64,000 nt of DNA from IMG/VR virus record IMGVR_UViG_3300048865_000005; one strand, written 5' to 3'. The DNA is from a virus. Its lineage: Duplodnaviria; Heunggongvirae; Uroviricota; Caudoviricetes. Under the pieces are notes generated by a model that was not told the origin of the DNA, ran no database searches, and saw only the letters and a list, made by a program, of their open reading frames with translations. Positions 16,457 through 25,587 of the stretch are shown here, one piece after another (the stretch's first letter is position 1; every line of letters begins with the position of its first letter). The position numbers were made by a program, and so were the translations under genes.

Positions 16457-16491
16457 CCGTCCCATCGAGCCTTGAGAAAAATGTCAACTTT

Positions 16492-16698
16492 TTGGAGAAC
16501 ATTGCTGTGAGAAGGGCTGTAGAGCTTGTAGGTGCAGGGTTAACGCTAGAGCTTTCCAAAGTGACGGCAGTTAGGACAAAACAAAAAATGATCCATTTTG
16601 ATGAATTACCAGATGGGACGTGGAGACTCATTTACAACGGAGAACAAATTCCAGATTTTTCGAAAATTACAGAATTTAAGATAGTTCGAGAAAATTAA
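16492..16698 (+). CDS. hypothetical protein
   Basis: 68-aa ORF. The real start may be GTG at 16507. Confidence 0.45.
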   Translation: MENIAVRRAVELVGAGLTLELSKVTAVRTKQKMIHFDELPDGTWRLIYNGEQIPDFSKITEFKIVREN

Positions 16699-16701
16699 AA
16701 A

Positions 16702-16908
16702 ATGGAAGTAATCCGTCAGCACGTAGGAATAATGAGTAAAGACGAATTTCAAGATTGGGTTGCTGGGCAAGAAGCTATCCGCGAGATAAGTAAATTTCTA
16801 TTCGGTGTCCGTGATGGTATCAGTGGTCGGGTGTTCGGTTACTACGCTCTGCTTGATTTGAGTCCCTTAGTTAAAGGTCAGAAGATAGTAGAGGTCGGTG
16901 GCCTGTGA
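16702..16908 (+). CDS. hypothetical protein
   Basis: 68-aa ORF. Confidence 0.5.
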   Translation: MEVIRQHVGIMSKDEFQDWVAGQEAIREISKFLFGVRDGISGRVFGYYALLDLSPLVKGQKIVEVGGL

Positions 16909-17318
16909 GAATTCCAGTACATTATTTGCCAAACCCATTCGAAGTGAACATTTTGGGAACGACTGAACAGCTTACTCGCTGGCACGTTTCTGAAGCAATC
17001 CGTAAGGGCATACAGAAGAGCTTACCTTTGCTACTAGACGAGGATTATTCTAATGTCTGGCTACATGCGTACAGAATTTCTTATTTCGTTTTAAACGCTG
17101 AAAAGCTACCGAAGGAACCTATTAAGGTAGACATTCAGCTCGCCCATGATGCGCTATCGTACACTTTGCCTGTAGATGGGTGGTATATTTTAGCAAAATC
17201 TATTTATGTGCTTGACAAGAGCATTGATGTAGTAGATGATAGGGAACTCTTGAGCCGAGTAATTAACCTACAAATTCTTGGGAGTTATGAAGAAATGTGC
17301 TTTCGGGGTGTAGTATGA
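16905..17318 (+). CDS. hypothetical protein (137 aa)
   Basis: ORF whose start overlaps the upstream stop. Confidence 0.55.
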   Translation: MRIPVHYLPNPFEVNILGTTEQLTRWHVSEAIRKGIQKSLPLLLDEDYSNVWLHAYRISYFVLNAEKLPKEPIKVDIQLAHDALSYTLPVDGWYILAKSIYVLDKSIDVVDDRELLSRVINLQILGSYEEMCFRGVV

Positions 17319-17485
17319 CTAGCTTTGTGCCCGTACCGCAGACGGAAAAGGTACAAGAGGTTGTGTGCATGACTCTAGCTGAGTTGAACGCGAAGCTGGA
17401 ACAGTCGAAACGGGAGGGGTATTCCGCAGGCTATTCGATTGGCTTTGAGGATGCAGTAGAGGAGTTTTCTAAATTTGGAGCGTAG
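17315..17485 (+). CDS. hypothetical protein
   Basis: ATG at 17315 overlaps the previous stop (ATGA). The ORF track gives a 17297 alternative start. Confidence 0.4.
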   Translation: MTSFVPVPQTEKVQEVVCMTLAELNAKLEQSKREGYSAGYSIGFEDAVEEFSKFGA

Positions 17486-17653
17486 TAGTTGGAGCATTTA
17501 ACAAAAGAAGAGTTACGCGGAATTCTTAATAAATTCCCGATTGAAGAATTAATGGCGATACAAGAGATAATCGAAACGATCCTAGAAGAACGTAATGCAG
17601 GTTTGTACCTGATAATGAAAGACGTTCTAAGCGGTATCAATTCGTCTGAAGAA

Positions 17654-17679
17654 AAATCCTAACTTTTTTGAAACATTTG
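17654..17679 (+). promoter_or_regulatory. conserved middle-block motif copy 1 (CCTAAC-TTTTTTGAAACATTT)
   Basis: One of 6-7 near-identical ~26-nt motifs preceding plus-strand genes. Confidence 0.5.
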
Positions 17680-17689
17680 AGTATAGGAT

Positions 17690-17929
17690 TTGAAGAAGAA
17701 GATTATTCATGTAAACCAACACAAAATTAGATCAAACGCAAAAGACGGAAAGACAGAACCAGTACTTACCGTCAAAACCTATAACAGCAATCAATATGCA
17801 CACGAAGTTGACATTATTGAAGCTGGTAAGGTTGTAGCAACAGTTAAGTATTCCCCTGATAAGCCTCTACCATGTGGAGCTAGAGTTTGGATTGAAACTC
17901 AGGCGGATGTGCTATTGCGTTTAATTTAA
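17690..17929 (+). CDS. hypothetical protein
   Basis: 79-aa ORF with TTG start and weak SD spacing, 10 nt after the motif. Confidence 0.45.
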   Translation: MKKKIIHVNQHKIRSNAKDGKTEPVLTVKTYNSNQYAHEVDIIEAGKVVATVKYSPDKPLPCGARVWIETQADVLLRLI

Positions 17930-17952
17930 TCTCAACTTTTTTGAAACATTTA
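17927..17952 (+). promoter_or_regulatory. conserved middle-block motif copy 2 (CTCAAC-TTTTTTGAAACATTT)
   Basis: Followed by AGGAG and GTG at 17962. Confidence 0.5.
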
Positions 17953-17961
17953 GGAGCTATT

Positions 17962-18276
17962 GTGCAAATTAGTTATGGTCTGCTGTCGGCTAGATTTTTT
18001 GTAAATAATGTTGGAAATCTTGTCCCTATAACTTTAAGCGAAAAGATTATTTATACCTACATGAAGGAACGTTGGATTACGTTCAACAGGAACGGTGACG
18101 AGTTCCTTGATACTGTAAACGAAATTGCAGAAGCTCTTAATGTGGACAGAAAGACCGTCATGTCAACAATCAAGAAGCTTACAGAGAACGGGGTGGTAGA
18201 AGGCTATAAGGGAAGATTAGGAAGTAGCAATAAGTGGATTTGGAATAATTTTAACGAGTTTACCCTGAGAGGCTAA
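17962..18276 (+). CDS. hypothetical protein, possible winged-helix DNA-binding
   Basis: GTG start with AGGAG RBS (the ORF track's TTG at 17941 lies inside the motif). KTVMSTIKKLTENGVVEGYK resembles a wHTH recognition helix. Confidence 0.45.
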   Translation: MQISYGLLSARFFVNNVGNLVPITLSEKIIYTYMKERWITFNRNGDEFLDTVNEIAEALNVDRKTVMSTIKKLTENGVVEGYKGRLGSSNKWIWNNFNEFTLRG

Positions 18277-18293
18277 CAGGAGCATTTAGAGGA

Positions 18294-18503
18294 GTGATTA
18301 TGCAGATTGATATTCGTGAAACAGAAGAAGAAATTAATGAGATTGTGTTTGCCGATGAGGGTTCCCATGCCCATACATTAACAAAGAGCCATTACACATC
18401 TATTCGAGATAACTGTGATTATGTGAATCTTTGTAATAAAGAACACGCTCTTAATTTGATTAAAGCTATCGAAAAAGCTATTGAGCTTGATTGGTTTGAG
18501 TAA
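18294..18503 (+). CDS. small protein, tandem paralog A
   Basis: IDIRETEEEINEIVF...NLIKAIEKAIELDWFE aligns with the next ORF. Confidence 0.55.
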   Translation: MIMQIDIRETEEEINEIVFADEGSHAHTLTKSHYTSIRDNCDYVNLCNKEHALNLIKAIEKAIELDWFE

Positions 18504-18512
18504 GGATTAATT

Positions 18513-18743
18513 ATGGAAATCGATATTAGAGAACATAAAGAAGAAGGAGAAATAACTAAGATTGTTTTTAGTGAAGACGATCCTTGTGTTTTTGCTGCAA
18601 GTTATATTGAAAACTACGGAAAAGCTTTTCCGCGTATATATGACGAAATGGGAGAACATCTTATGCTTCCATCTTCCGTCGAAGGTGTGGAGAACCTAAT
18701 TAAAGCGCTTGAAAAAGCTAAACAACTTGGTTGGTTTAAATAA
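18513..18743 (+). CDS. small protein, tandem paralog B
   Basis: IDIREHKEEGEITKIVF...NLIKALEKAKQLGWFK. Confidence 0.55.
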   Translation: MEIDIREHKEEGEITKIVFSEDDPCVFAASYIENYGKAFPRIYDEMGEHLMLPSSVEGVENLIKALEKAKQLGWFK

Positions 18744-18753
18744 AGAGATGTAA

Positions 18754-20484
18754 ATGGCACACGTTGTAGGGAAGGAACAATGTTGGAAATGTGCTAAAGA
18801 AGGTCGGGACAGGTCACAAAATAATGCAGCGGTTTATTCTGATGGTGGAATTTATTGTTGGAGTGGGCATGGCCTACTTAAGCCGGGTACTGAATCGCAA
18901 TTCTACAAAAAGGAAGAGGAAGCTTACGTAGAGATTATGGGTAGTATTTTTAACGAAGAGGTTCATGAGGAGTTAAAAGCAGTTACAGGTGTAGACCCGG
19001 CAGGGTTCCGGGGACTAACAAGAGAAACGTGTGCTTATTTCGGTGTGCGTCACGAGTACGATGCGACTACAGGTGAAGTCACTCGTCAGGTTTACCCAAC
19101 AACTATTAACTACGAAATTAGCGGTTATAAAAGTCGTCATATTCCTAAAGATTTTAGCAAACCTATCGGCATTACTGGTAGGGATTGCGAGCTTTTCGGA
19201 CAATTCAGATTCAAAAACTCTGTAGGTAAGTATGCTTTGTTGGTTGCTGGTGAGATTGACCAGTTATCCGGCTTCCAGATGTTACGTAACTATCAAAAGC
19301 AACGCGGCAATGATGCTTATGAAGCAATTCCGGTAGTTAGTGCAACATGTGGCGAAACAGGCGGTATTAACCAAGTACAAAAGCAATATGAATGGTTTGA
19401 CCGATTCGAACGTATTATCGTCTGTTATGACGCAGACCCAGCGGGAGAGGAAGCAACACAAAAGCTCTTGAAAGTTCTTCCGAAAGGTAAAGTATACATT
19501 ATGCGCTTGCCAGCCGGAGATAGTAATAAATATCTCGTGAATGGAAAAGAGAAAGAGTGGGTAGCAGCGTTTTTCAATGCACGGAAATTCGTTCCTGAAG
19601 GCGTTACTTCAAGTCTCGACTTAGAAGATAAGATGCTTGAGTACCTTAGTACTCCTCGTCTCAGTCTTCCGCCATTCATGCACAAGTTGCAAAACATGCT
19701 GTGTGGTGGTTTTCCTTATGACAGTATCGTTAATATTCTTTCGGCTTCTGGTACTGGTAAGTCCACTATTACAGACGCTCTAATCCTTCACTGGATTACG
19801 AATGAGAACGTTACTGTTGGTATTGTTTCGCTTGAAGCTTCTGAAGGGGAATATGCAGTTAACTTGAGTAGTCAATACTTGAAGTTCAAGATTAACTTAC
19901 TCGAAACTCCTGAAGAACGTATTGAGTTTATTAGTCGCCCTGAAAACATTGAGCGACGTAAACAACTTTGGCAGAAAGAGAATGGAGACCCGCGTTTCTA
20001 TCTGGTTGATGCTGATATTGATAACTTAAAGGCTAAGGTTGAATACCTTGTCCGTGGTTTAGGATGTAAAGTAATCGTGCTTGATCCATTACAAGATATC
20101 TTCGATGCACTGCCGGAAGATGAACAAGCTAAGTTCATGAAGTGGCAGAAAGACCTACGTAAGAGTGAAGGTATTATTTTCATCAATATCAACCACTCCC
20201 GTAAGTCTAGTAAGGGACAAAAAGCAAACAGTGCCGGTGCTGAACTTCATGAAGAAGATATGCACGGTCACAGCAGTATTTTTAAATCCGGCTCCATCAA
20301 CTTGATTGCGACCCGCGATAAAGAAAATGCAGACCCTATGATTAGGAATACGACAAAGCTAAAGCTAACAAAAGCTCGTGGTATTGGTAACACAGGGAAT
20401 GCAGGCGAACTTCTATATGTTAATGAAGAACATCAACTATATGACAAAGACGACTACATGTTAACTATGCAGGTAGAGTTTTAA
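18754..20484 (+). CDS. bifunctional DNA primase-helicase (T7 gp4-like, DnaB-family)
   Basis: N-terminal Cys cluster (CWKCAKEG...CWSGHG). TOPRIM-like acidic motifs (LVAGEIDQ, CYDADPAGEE). Walker A SASGTGKST. Walker B VIVLDPLQD. 576 aa. Confidence 0.8.
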   Translation: MAHVVGKEQCWKCAKEGRDRSQNNAAVYSDGGIYCWSGHGLLKPGTESQFYKKEEEAYVEIMGSIFNEEVHEELKAVTGVDPAGFRGLTRETCAYFGVRHEYDATTGEVTRQVYPTTINYEISGYKSRHIPKDFSKPIGITGRDCELFGQFRFKNSVGKYALLVAGEIDQLSGFQMLRNYQKQRGNDAYEAIPVVSATCGETGGINQVQKQYEWFDRFERIIVCYDADPAGEEATQKLLKVLPKGKVYIMRLPAGDSNKYLVNGKEKEWVAAFFNARKFVPEGVTSSLDLEDKMLEYLSTPRLSLPPFMHKLQNMLCGGFPYDSIVNILSASGTGKSTITDALILHWITNENVTVGIVSLEASEGEYAVNLSSQYLKFKINLLETPEERIEFISRPENIERRKQLWQKENGDPRFYLVDADIDNLKAKVEYLVRGLGCKVIVLDPLQDIFDALPEDEQAKFMKWQKDLRKSEGIIFININHSRKSSKGQKANSAGAELHEEDMHGHSSIFKSGSINLIATRDKENADPMIRNTTKLKLTKARGIGNTGNAGELLYVNEEHQLYDKDDYMLTMQVEF

Positions 20485-20495
20485 AGGAGAGACAT

Positions 20496-22931
20496 TTGAT
20501 TATAACGTGGGACCGGGAAACAACAGGACTACTAGACGAAACAGCGATTGATTACACAGCTATTCCGTATAAGCTTCGAGATTCATTCAAGACACATGTA
20601 ATTGTTGTTGAAGAGCACGAAACTAGAAAACTAATTGCTTTCTATGACGGTCCTACGTATATCTTGGACGGTCGCAAGTACGATGAAACTGATGGTGTAA
20701 ATCAATATGTTCTAGAGGACTACCAGCCTCTAGAGTATGAACACCGACCTCTTAAAGAATTTAAACCTTATATCGAAAGTAGTCCAATTGTTAAAGTTGT
20801 AGCCCATAACCAAATCAACTTCGACTTGCTTGTTGGAAAGCTCGAAGAGGGGATGGAATACACAATAGGGGAGGATACTTGGTGCGGTAAGCCAGTAGAG
20901 TTCGTAGACACGCTTGTAATGTCGAAGACGCTCAATCCTGATAGATACGGTGGGCACAGCCTTGACAAGCTGTCCGAAAAGGCAGGTGTACGTAAGGTCT
21001 CGTTCCGTAAGGAGGTACACGAGAGCGAGCGATTCAAGTTTTTTGCCGCTGACATGCTCTACTACTGTCTGTATGACGTAAAAGCCAATACAGCGGTCTA
21101 CATGATGCTTGAGGCCGAGAAAGGTAATTGGCCGTGGGCTGGTCCTATAGCTCTAGAGAAGGCTGTAGCCGATGTTATTACCCGGCAGAGTCATAGGGGC
21201 TTTTTCTTCGATAAGGACTTGGCTGAAAGCAACATACGTGAGTTGGATGCGCTTATGGAAGAGCGTAGGCAGCGGGTAGAACCTATCCTACCTAAACGCC
21301 CAGCTACACAGAAGTTCATGAAGGACTTTACGCCTCCGAAATTGCAGTTCAAGCAAAACGGAGAACCAACGTCGAACCTTCTAAAATTTGTTGAAAAACA
21401 TGGTGGAGAGTTCCTAGAAGGAAGGCAGGTAAAGCTTTGGGGGAACGTCTACAAGCTCCCACTCCCGAATGAGCCTTTAATCACGGAAATGGACGCCACA
21501 ATTGACGATACGACCCACATTAAGAATTGGCTTGTCGGTCTAGGTTGGAACGTCTCAGAGTACAAAGAGAAAGACCTGTCTGTAAACACTAAGAAAGAGC
21601 AACTTACTCTAACGAAGTTGGAAGAGGCTATTGATAGATATGTTGAACAGACTTTAAACAGTAACTTTTGTAAGGACCGATGCGACCACTTAGAAACAAC
21701 TCCTAAAAACCTCAAAAAGAAGTTGATGAGTTTTAGAGAGGGGCGGAAAATCAAAGTACTGACCAATCCAAGCTTCACAGTTGGTCAAGACAAGGAAATG
21801 GACCCAAATCTAAACGATATTATTAAGAATTTCCCATTTGCTAAAGATGTAGTTGAATACCTAACCTATAAACATCGTCGGAATAGTATTCTTGGTGGTG
21901 GTATTGATTGGGACGAGGATGAAGAACCAGAAAAAGGATATGTCGCTAACGTAAGGGAAGATGGACGTATTCCAACACCGGCAGATACTTGCGGTGCTGC
22001 AACTTCCCGGATGAAACATAAATCAGTTGCTAACATTCCTCGTGTTACTTCGTTATATGGTCCGAAGATGCGTGCATTGTTCGGTACGGATGACGATTGC
22101 CTTCAAATTGGATACGACTTCGATAGCTTAGAAGCTAAAGAGGAAGCCCATTATTGTTGGAGATACGATCCAGATAAAGAGTATTGCCATTCTCTTACAA
22201 TGGATAAGCCAAACGATGTACACACTAAAATGGCAGCACGTATTAGTGAGATTATCGGTCGTAAGTTCGCACGTTCTCCTGCAAAGAATGTGAAATATGG
22301 TTGCACTTATGGAGCACAGGCGGCAAAAGTAGCTAAGACGATTGGTAGCGACTTAACAACGGGTAATATTGTTTTCGAAGCGTTCTGGCAAGCAGCCTTC
22401 CCACTGAAGGAGCTAAAAGACCGTCTTAAGCATTATTGGGAAACTACAGGCGAGAAAAAATTTATCCTTGGGATTGATGGTCGTAAAGTTCCGACACGTT
22501 CTGCACATGCGATTCTGAACAGTTTGTTCCAGTCCGCAGGCGTTATTTGTGCAAAGCGTGCAATGGTGTTGCATGACCGTAAACTGAAGGCTGAAGGGTT
22601 ATCTGTAGACTTCTTTAGGGAGGATTGGAGACAGAAGGAATTCTGTCAACAGTTGATTGCGTATCACGACGAAGCTCAGCTTGAGGTATCAAAACGGTCT
22701 GTCCGTTTTAAGACTTTTGCAACTGAAGAAGAGGCTAAGAATTTTAAAGAATCGGAAAACAAGATTTGGTCAGACATTAAGCCAGCCAAAAACGGCGGTT
22801 TTTACGTTGCATACTGCCGTGCAGGTGAATTAGCTATCGAATCTGTAGTAGAAGCAGGTAGATACTATAATTTAAATGTTGACCTTTCCGCTGGTTATAT
22901 GCTAGGTCGAAATTGGAGAGATTGCCACTAA
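20496..22931 (+). CDS. family A DNA polymerase with 3'-5' exonuclease domain
   Basis: Exo I WDRETTGL. Exo motif YCLYDVKA. Pol motif A DFDSLEAK. Motif B K..KYGCTYGA. Motif C YHDEAQLEV. 811 aa. Confidence 0.85.
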   Translation: MIITWDRETTGLLDETAIDYTAIPYKLRDSFKTHVIVVEEHETRKLIAFYDGPTYILDGRKYDETDGVNQYVLEDYQPLEYEHRPLKEFKPYIESSPIVKVVAHNQINFDLLVGKLEEGMEYTIGEDTWCGKPVEFVDTLVMSKTLNPDRYGGHSLDKLSEKAGVRKVSFRKEVHESERFKFFAADMLYYCLYDVKANTAVYMMLEAEKGNWPWAGPIALEKAVADVITRQSHRGFFFDKDLAESNIRELDALMEERRQRVEPILPKRPATQKFMKDFTPPKLQFKQNGEPTSNLLKFVEKHGGEFLEGRQVKLWGNVYKLPLPNEPLITEMDATIDDTTHIKNWLVGLGWNVSEYKEKDLSVNTKKEQLTLTKLEEAIDRYVEQTLNSNFCKDRCDHLETTPKNLKKKLMSFREGRKIKVLTNPSFTVGQDKEMDPNLNDIIKNFPFAKDVVEYLTYKHRRNSILGGGIDWDEDEEPEKGYVANVREDGRIPTPADTCGAATSRMKHKSVANIPRVTSLYGPKMRALFGTDDDCLQIGYDFDSLEAKEEAHYCWRYDPDKEYCHSLTMDKPNDVHTKMAARISEIIGRKFARSPAKNVKYGCTYGAQAAKVAKTIGSDLTTGNIVFEAFWQAAFPLKELKDRLKHYWETTGEKKFILGIDGRKVPTRSAHAILNSLFQSAGVICAKRAMVLHDRKLKAEGLSVDFFREDWRQKEFCQQLIAYHDEAQLEVSKRSVRFKTFATEEEAKNFKESENKIWSDIKPAKNGGFYVAYCRAGELAIESVVEAGRYYNLNVDLSAGYMLGRNWRDCH

Positions 22932-22963
22932 GAGAAATAAATCCAAAATAGCTAAGAATATTG

Positions 22964-22992
22964 TTGACCATGCGGAAGTACATCTGTATCAT
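22964..22992 (+). promoter_or_regulatory. sigma70-like promoter (TTGACC-N17-TATCAT)
   Basis: ttgaccatgcggaagtacatctgtatcat, located between pol and the next gene. Confidence 0.45.
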
Positions 22993-23026
22993 TCATAACT
23001 TCGGTTAGGAAAAAAGTGGAACAATT

Positions 23027-23422
23027 TTGAGTAAAATAGTTAGCATTAAAGAAACAAGCTTTCCGCTTATCCCTTCAGGGCGTGACGAGTATGACGGCTA
23101 TGTGATCTCGCTAGAAGACGGGGAGCAAGTCAAGATGGGAATCAGCAACACTCAAAGTTGCTGTGAGAATTGGGGATACCTGACTTCAGAAGATAATCTT
23201 GAGGAGTTTGTAGGTGCTGAGCTTATCTCTGTTGGAGTTGTTGATGAGGCTCTAAACGTTAAAGACATACCAGCAGTATATGACGGTGGAGTAATGTTTA
23301 TTAACGTCTATACAAGCAGTGGGATGTTTCAATTCATAGCTTACAACGAACACGACGGGTATTACAGTCACGATGCTGTTTTGATCGTGAGAGATAGAGT
23401 CGAAGGGAGTGAGTATCTTTGA
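23027..23422 (+). CDS. hypothetical protein (131 aa)
   Basis: ORF with TTG start. Confidence 0.5.
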   Translation: MSKIVSIKETSFPLIPSGRDEYDGYVISLEDGEQVKMGISNTQSCCENWGYLTSEDNLEEFVGAELISVGVVDEALNVKDIPAVYDGGVMFINVYTSSGMFQFIAYNEHDGYYSHDAVLIVRDRVEGSEYL

Positions 23423-23577
23423 GTGATGATGTTGTAGTTATTTCAGAAGATAGATACGACCAGCTATTAGGTCGTGAAATGTTTCTAGGATGCCTTGAGG
23501 CAGCAGGCGTAGATAATTGGGATGGTTATAGCTTCGCACAGGATATGTTTAACGAAGCATACGGGGAAGAAGATTAA
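23419..23577 (+). CDS. small hypothetical protein (52 aa, TTG start)
   Basis: GGGAG 9 nt upstream. Overlaps the previous stop. Below the cutoff. Confidence 0.3.
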   Translation: MSDDVVVISEDRYDQLLGREMFLGCLEAAGVDNWDGYSFAQDMFNEAYGEED

Positions 23578-23589
23578 CAGGAGAAGAAA

Positions 23590-23769
23590 ATGCAAGCGAT
23601 TAAATATGAGTACGCAGTAGTAGATAAAAGTAATGAAACAGTGGTCGAGATTCTTAATACTCGTTCGCAAGCTCGGGAAGCAAAGAACTTCTACAAAGAG
23701 AATTATGAAATGCCAGCGGCAATCTTGCAGCGTAAATACCAACTCACTGAAGAGCGAGTGATTCGATAA
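23590..23769 (+). CDS. small hypothetical protein (59 aa)
   Basis: ATG with GGAGAAG RBS. Stop overlaps the next start (TAATG). Confidence 0.4.
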   Translation: MQAIKYEYAVVDKSNETVVEILNTRSQAREAKNFYKENYEMPAAILQRKYQLTEERVIR

Positions 23770-24068
23770 TGGGTGCAGTAACTTGTTTAGAGCAAGTAGG
23801 TGATGTTCAAAAGTTCATCCACTTTGAAGTGTTCACTGATTTCATGAAGTACGAAGAAATGATGCTAGAACGTCTAGCAGCAAATGAGTCAACAATTGAC
23901 GACGATGGTTGGCATGATAATCCGGGGTATATGCCGGTACTCGGCGGAACCCACGTAGCTGTAAAGTTCCGTAATGGAGACATGGACAGTACTGAGTATG
24001 CATCTTATTGGAACTGGTGCATCAGTGATTCAGGGTATTCTGTTACGAAATACAAGGTGATTAACTAA
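23769..24068 (+). CDS. hypothetical protein
   Basis: 99-aa ORF. Confidence 0.55.
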   Translation: MGAVTCLEQVGDVQKFIHFEVFTDFMKYEEMMLERLAANESTIDDDGWHDNPGYMPVLGGTHVAVKFRNGDMDSTEYASYWNWCISDSGYSVTKYKVIN

Positions 24069-24247
24069 TGTATTATCTATATTTCGCTATCTTCCTAATT
24101 TTTCTGACTCTGAAACTTGTAGGTATTGGGATTGTAGCAACTTGGTCATGGGTTTGGATATTTGCTCCTTTGTGGATTCCATTCTTGTTAGGTGTTGTAT
24201 TTTTGACAGTTTACTGGCTGATTCTCGGCGTAATTTTAAAGCGATAG
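24068..24247 (+). CDS. small membrane protein (59 aa, 2 TM)
   Basis: Hydrophobic throughout (YFAIFLIFLTLKLVGIGIVATWSWVWIFAPLWIPFLLGVVFLTVYWLILGVIL). TAATG-coupled to the upstream gene. Confidence 0.4.
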   Translation: MYYLYFAIFLIFLTLKLVGIGIVATWSWVWIFAPLWIPFLLGVVFLTVYWLILGVILKR

Positions 24248-24256
24248 GAGAAATAA

Positions 24257-24466
24257 TTGAATCAAAAGAAAGCAAAGCTTCTGCGTCGTGAAGCTAAACA
24301 ATTAGCTGGTATGTTGTCCGGTAAGATGGGTAGCGAAGTAGTAGATAAGGCGTATCAAGCAACTACTATTATGAAGCACGGTCAAGTAAAACATACTTTC
24401 CAACTAGCTCCGCACACCACACGATCTATCAATCAGAAATTAAAAGATATCGTAAAAGCGCGATAA
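24257..24466 (+). CDS. hypothetical basic protein
   Basis: 69-aa ORF. Confidence 0.45.
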   Translation: MNQKKAKLLRREAKQLAGMLSGKMGSEVVDKAYQATTIMKHGQVKHTFQLAPHTTRSINQKLKDIVKAR

Positions 24467-24511
24467 ACTCTATTTGTAAAAATCTCTATAATTAAAAGGT
24501 AAATAATTTAA

Positions 24512-25504
24512 ATGTCATTTGAAGTATACGGTGCTGCCCAAAATAACTCTTCCAGTCAAGTTCAAGTTGATTTCGATGAACTGAATAAGTATGTAGTTGA
24601 TACAGCACAACTCCAACAGCGTGAAACTCTTGTTGGTCACGTTGCAATGCTAGTCGATCTTGGTACACAAGAACTACCAGACGCAGAGAATGTTTTTAAT
24701 GGTACTGAAGAGGACGAACGCAAGACTATTGCAGAGTATCCAGATACCTATTTTAAAGACGGTATTGACCCTGAAACCAAGAAGCCAGTACGCCTAAAGT
24801 GCTACCCGCAGAAGCCGGTACAGTGTGCAGCGTTAGGTATTGATTTTACCGATATCATGATTGATAAAGGCATCTTCTTTGGTGAATCCAAGCCGCTCCC
24901 TCTACGTCTCTGGTTGGGTGGTCAGTTCTACATTCAAGATCAAGGCATGGTGATTGGCCGTCCTACTCCTCTGAAGGTGAACAAGAAGCTGGGCGATTGG
25001 AGTTTGGATCAGAAGAACCTGTTCTACAAAATGGCTGTAGCAGATAAAGCAATCCAGCCGGGACAAGTATACAAACCACAACGTATTAGCGAGCTGTTGG
25101 GTAAAGCTTTCCAATTTGAAGCTCAAGTGTTTTTTAAAGAAAGTAAAGGTAAGCAGTACTATACCGAATATGTAAAGTTCGTTTCAGGTTTGGGCCGTGG
25201 TCAGGTAGCTCCTGAAATGCTCACAACTCCTATGATGATTCAGTTCAACAAAGAGAACGAACCTACCGCAATTAAAGAATTGCGTGCTCACGTAGTAAAC
25301 ACTATTAAAAGGGCAAGTAACTACGAAGGCAGCGTTATTCAGAAGCAGATTGAAGAGGTTCGCGGTACAAAGCCTGCCCAAGAGAAGCCGGAAGCAGATA
25401 CGCAACAACAGGAACAGGAAGCTCCTAAGCCGACTAAGACTACTAAGTCGAAGCCAGCCACGAAGCCGGTGCCTGATAACCTTGACGACGATATTCCGTT
25501 CTGA
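24512..25504 (+). CDS. single-stranded DNA-binding protein candidate (T7 gp2.5-like) with E. coli SSB-type C-terminal tip DDDIPF
   Basis: Acidic/Pro-rich tail ending ...DNLDDDIPF is identical to the bacterial SSB C-terminal interaction motif. Body is loosely similar to gp2.5 (VRLKCYPQKP). Adjacent to replication genes. Confidence 0.5.
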   Translation: MSFEVYGAAQNNSSSQVQVDFDELNKYVVDTAQLQQRETLVGHVAMLVDLGTQELPDAENVFNGTEEDERKTIAEYPDTYFKDGIDPETKKPVRLKCYPQKPVQCAALGIDFTDIMIDKGIFFGESKPLPLRLWLGGQFYIQDQGMVIGRPTPLKVNKKLGDWSLDQKNLFYKMAVADKAIQPGQVYKPQRISELLGKAFQFEAQVFFKESKGKQYYTEYVKFVSGLGRGQVAPEMLTTPMMIQFNKENEPTAIKELRAHVVNTIKRASNYEGSVIQKQIEEVRGTKPAQEKPEADTQQQEQEAPKPTKTTKSKPATKPVPDNLDDDIPF

Positions 25505-25525
25505 TGGTTTTTGTTCGTCCGCAAT

Positions 25526-25552
25526 AAATTCCTAACTTTTTTGAAACATTTA
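25526..25552 (+). promoter_or_regulatory. conserved middle-block motif copy 3 (CCTAAC-TTTTTTGAAACATTT) followed by a UUCG-tetraloop hairpin (25553-25570)
   Basis: Motif, then GCCCTTC-TTCG-GAAGGGC stem-loop, then AAGGAG RBS, then TTG at 25588. Confidence 0.5.
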
Positions 25553-25587
25553 GCCCTTCTTCGGAAGGGCACTTTAAGGAGAGTTAC

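Noticed and set aside
23485-23742. Minus-strand 85-aa ORF in the middle block
   Set aside because: Antisense to two well-supported small plus-strand ORFs (23419-23577, 23590-23769). Cys/Phe/Leu-rich nonsense-like composition.
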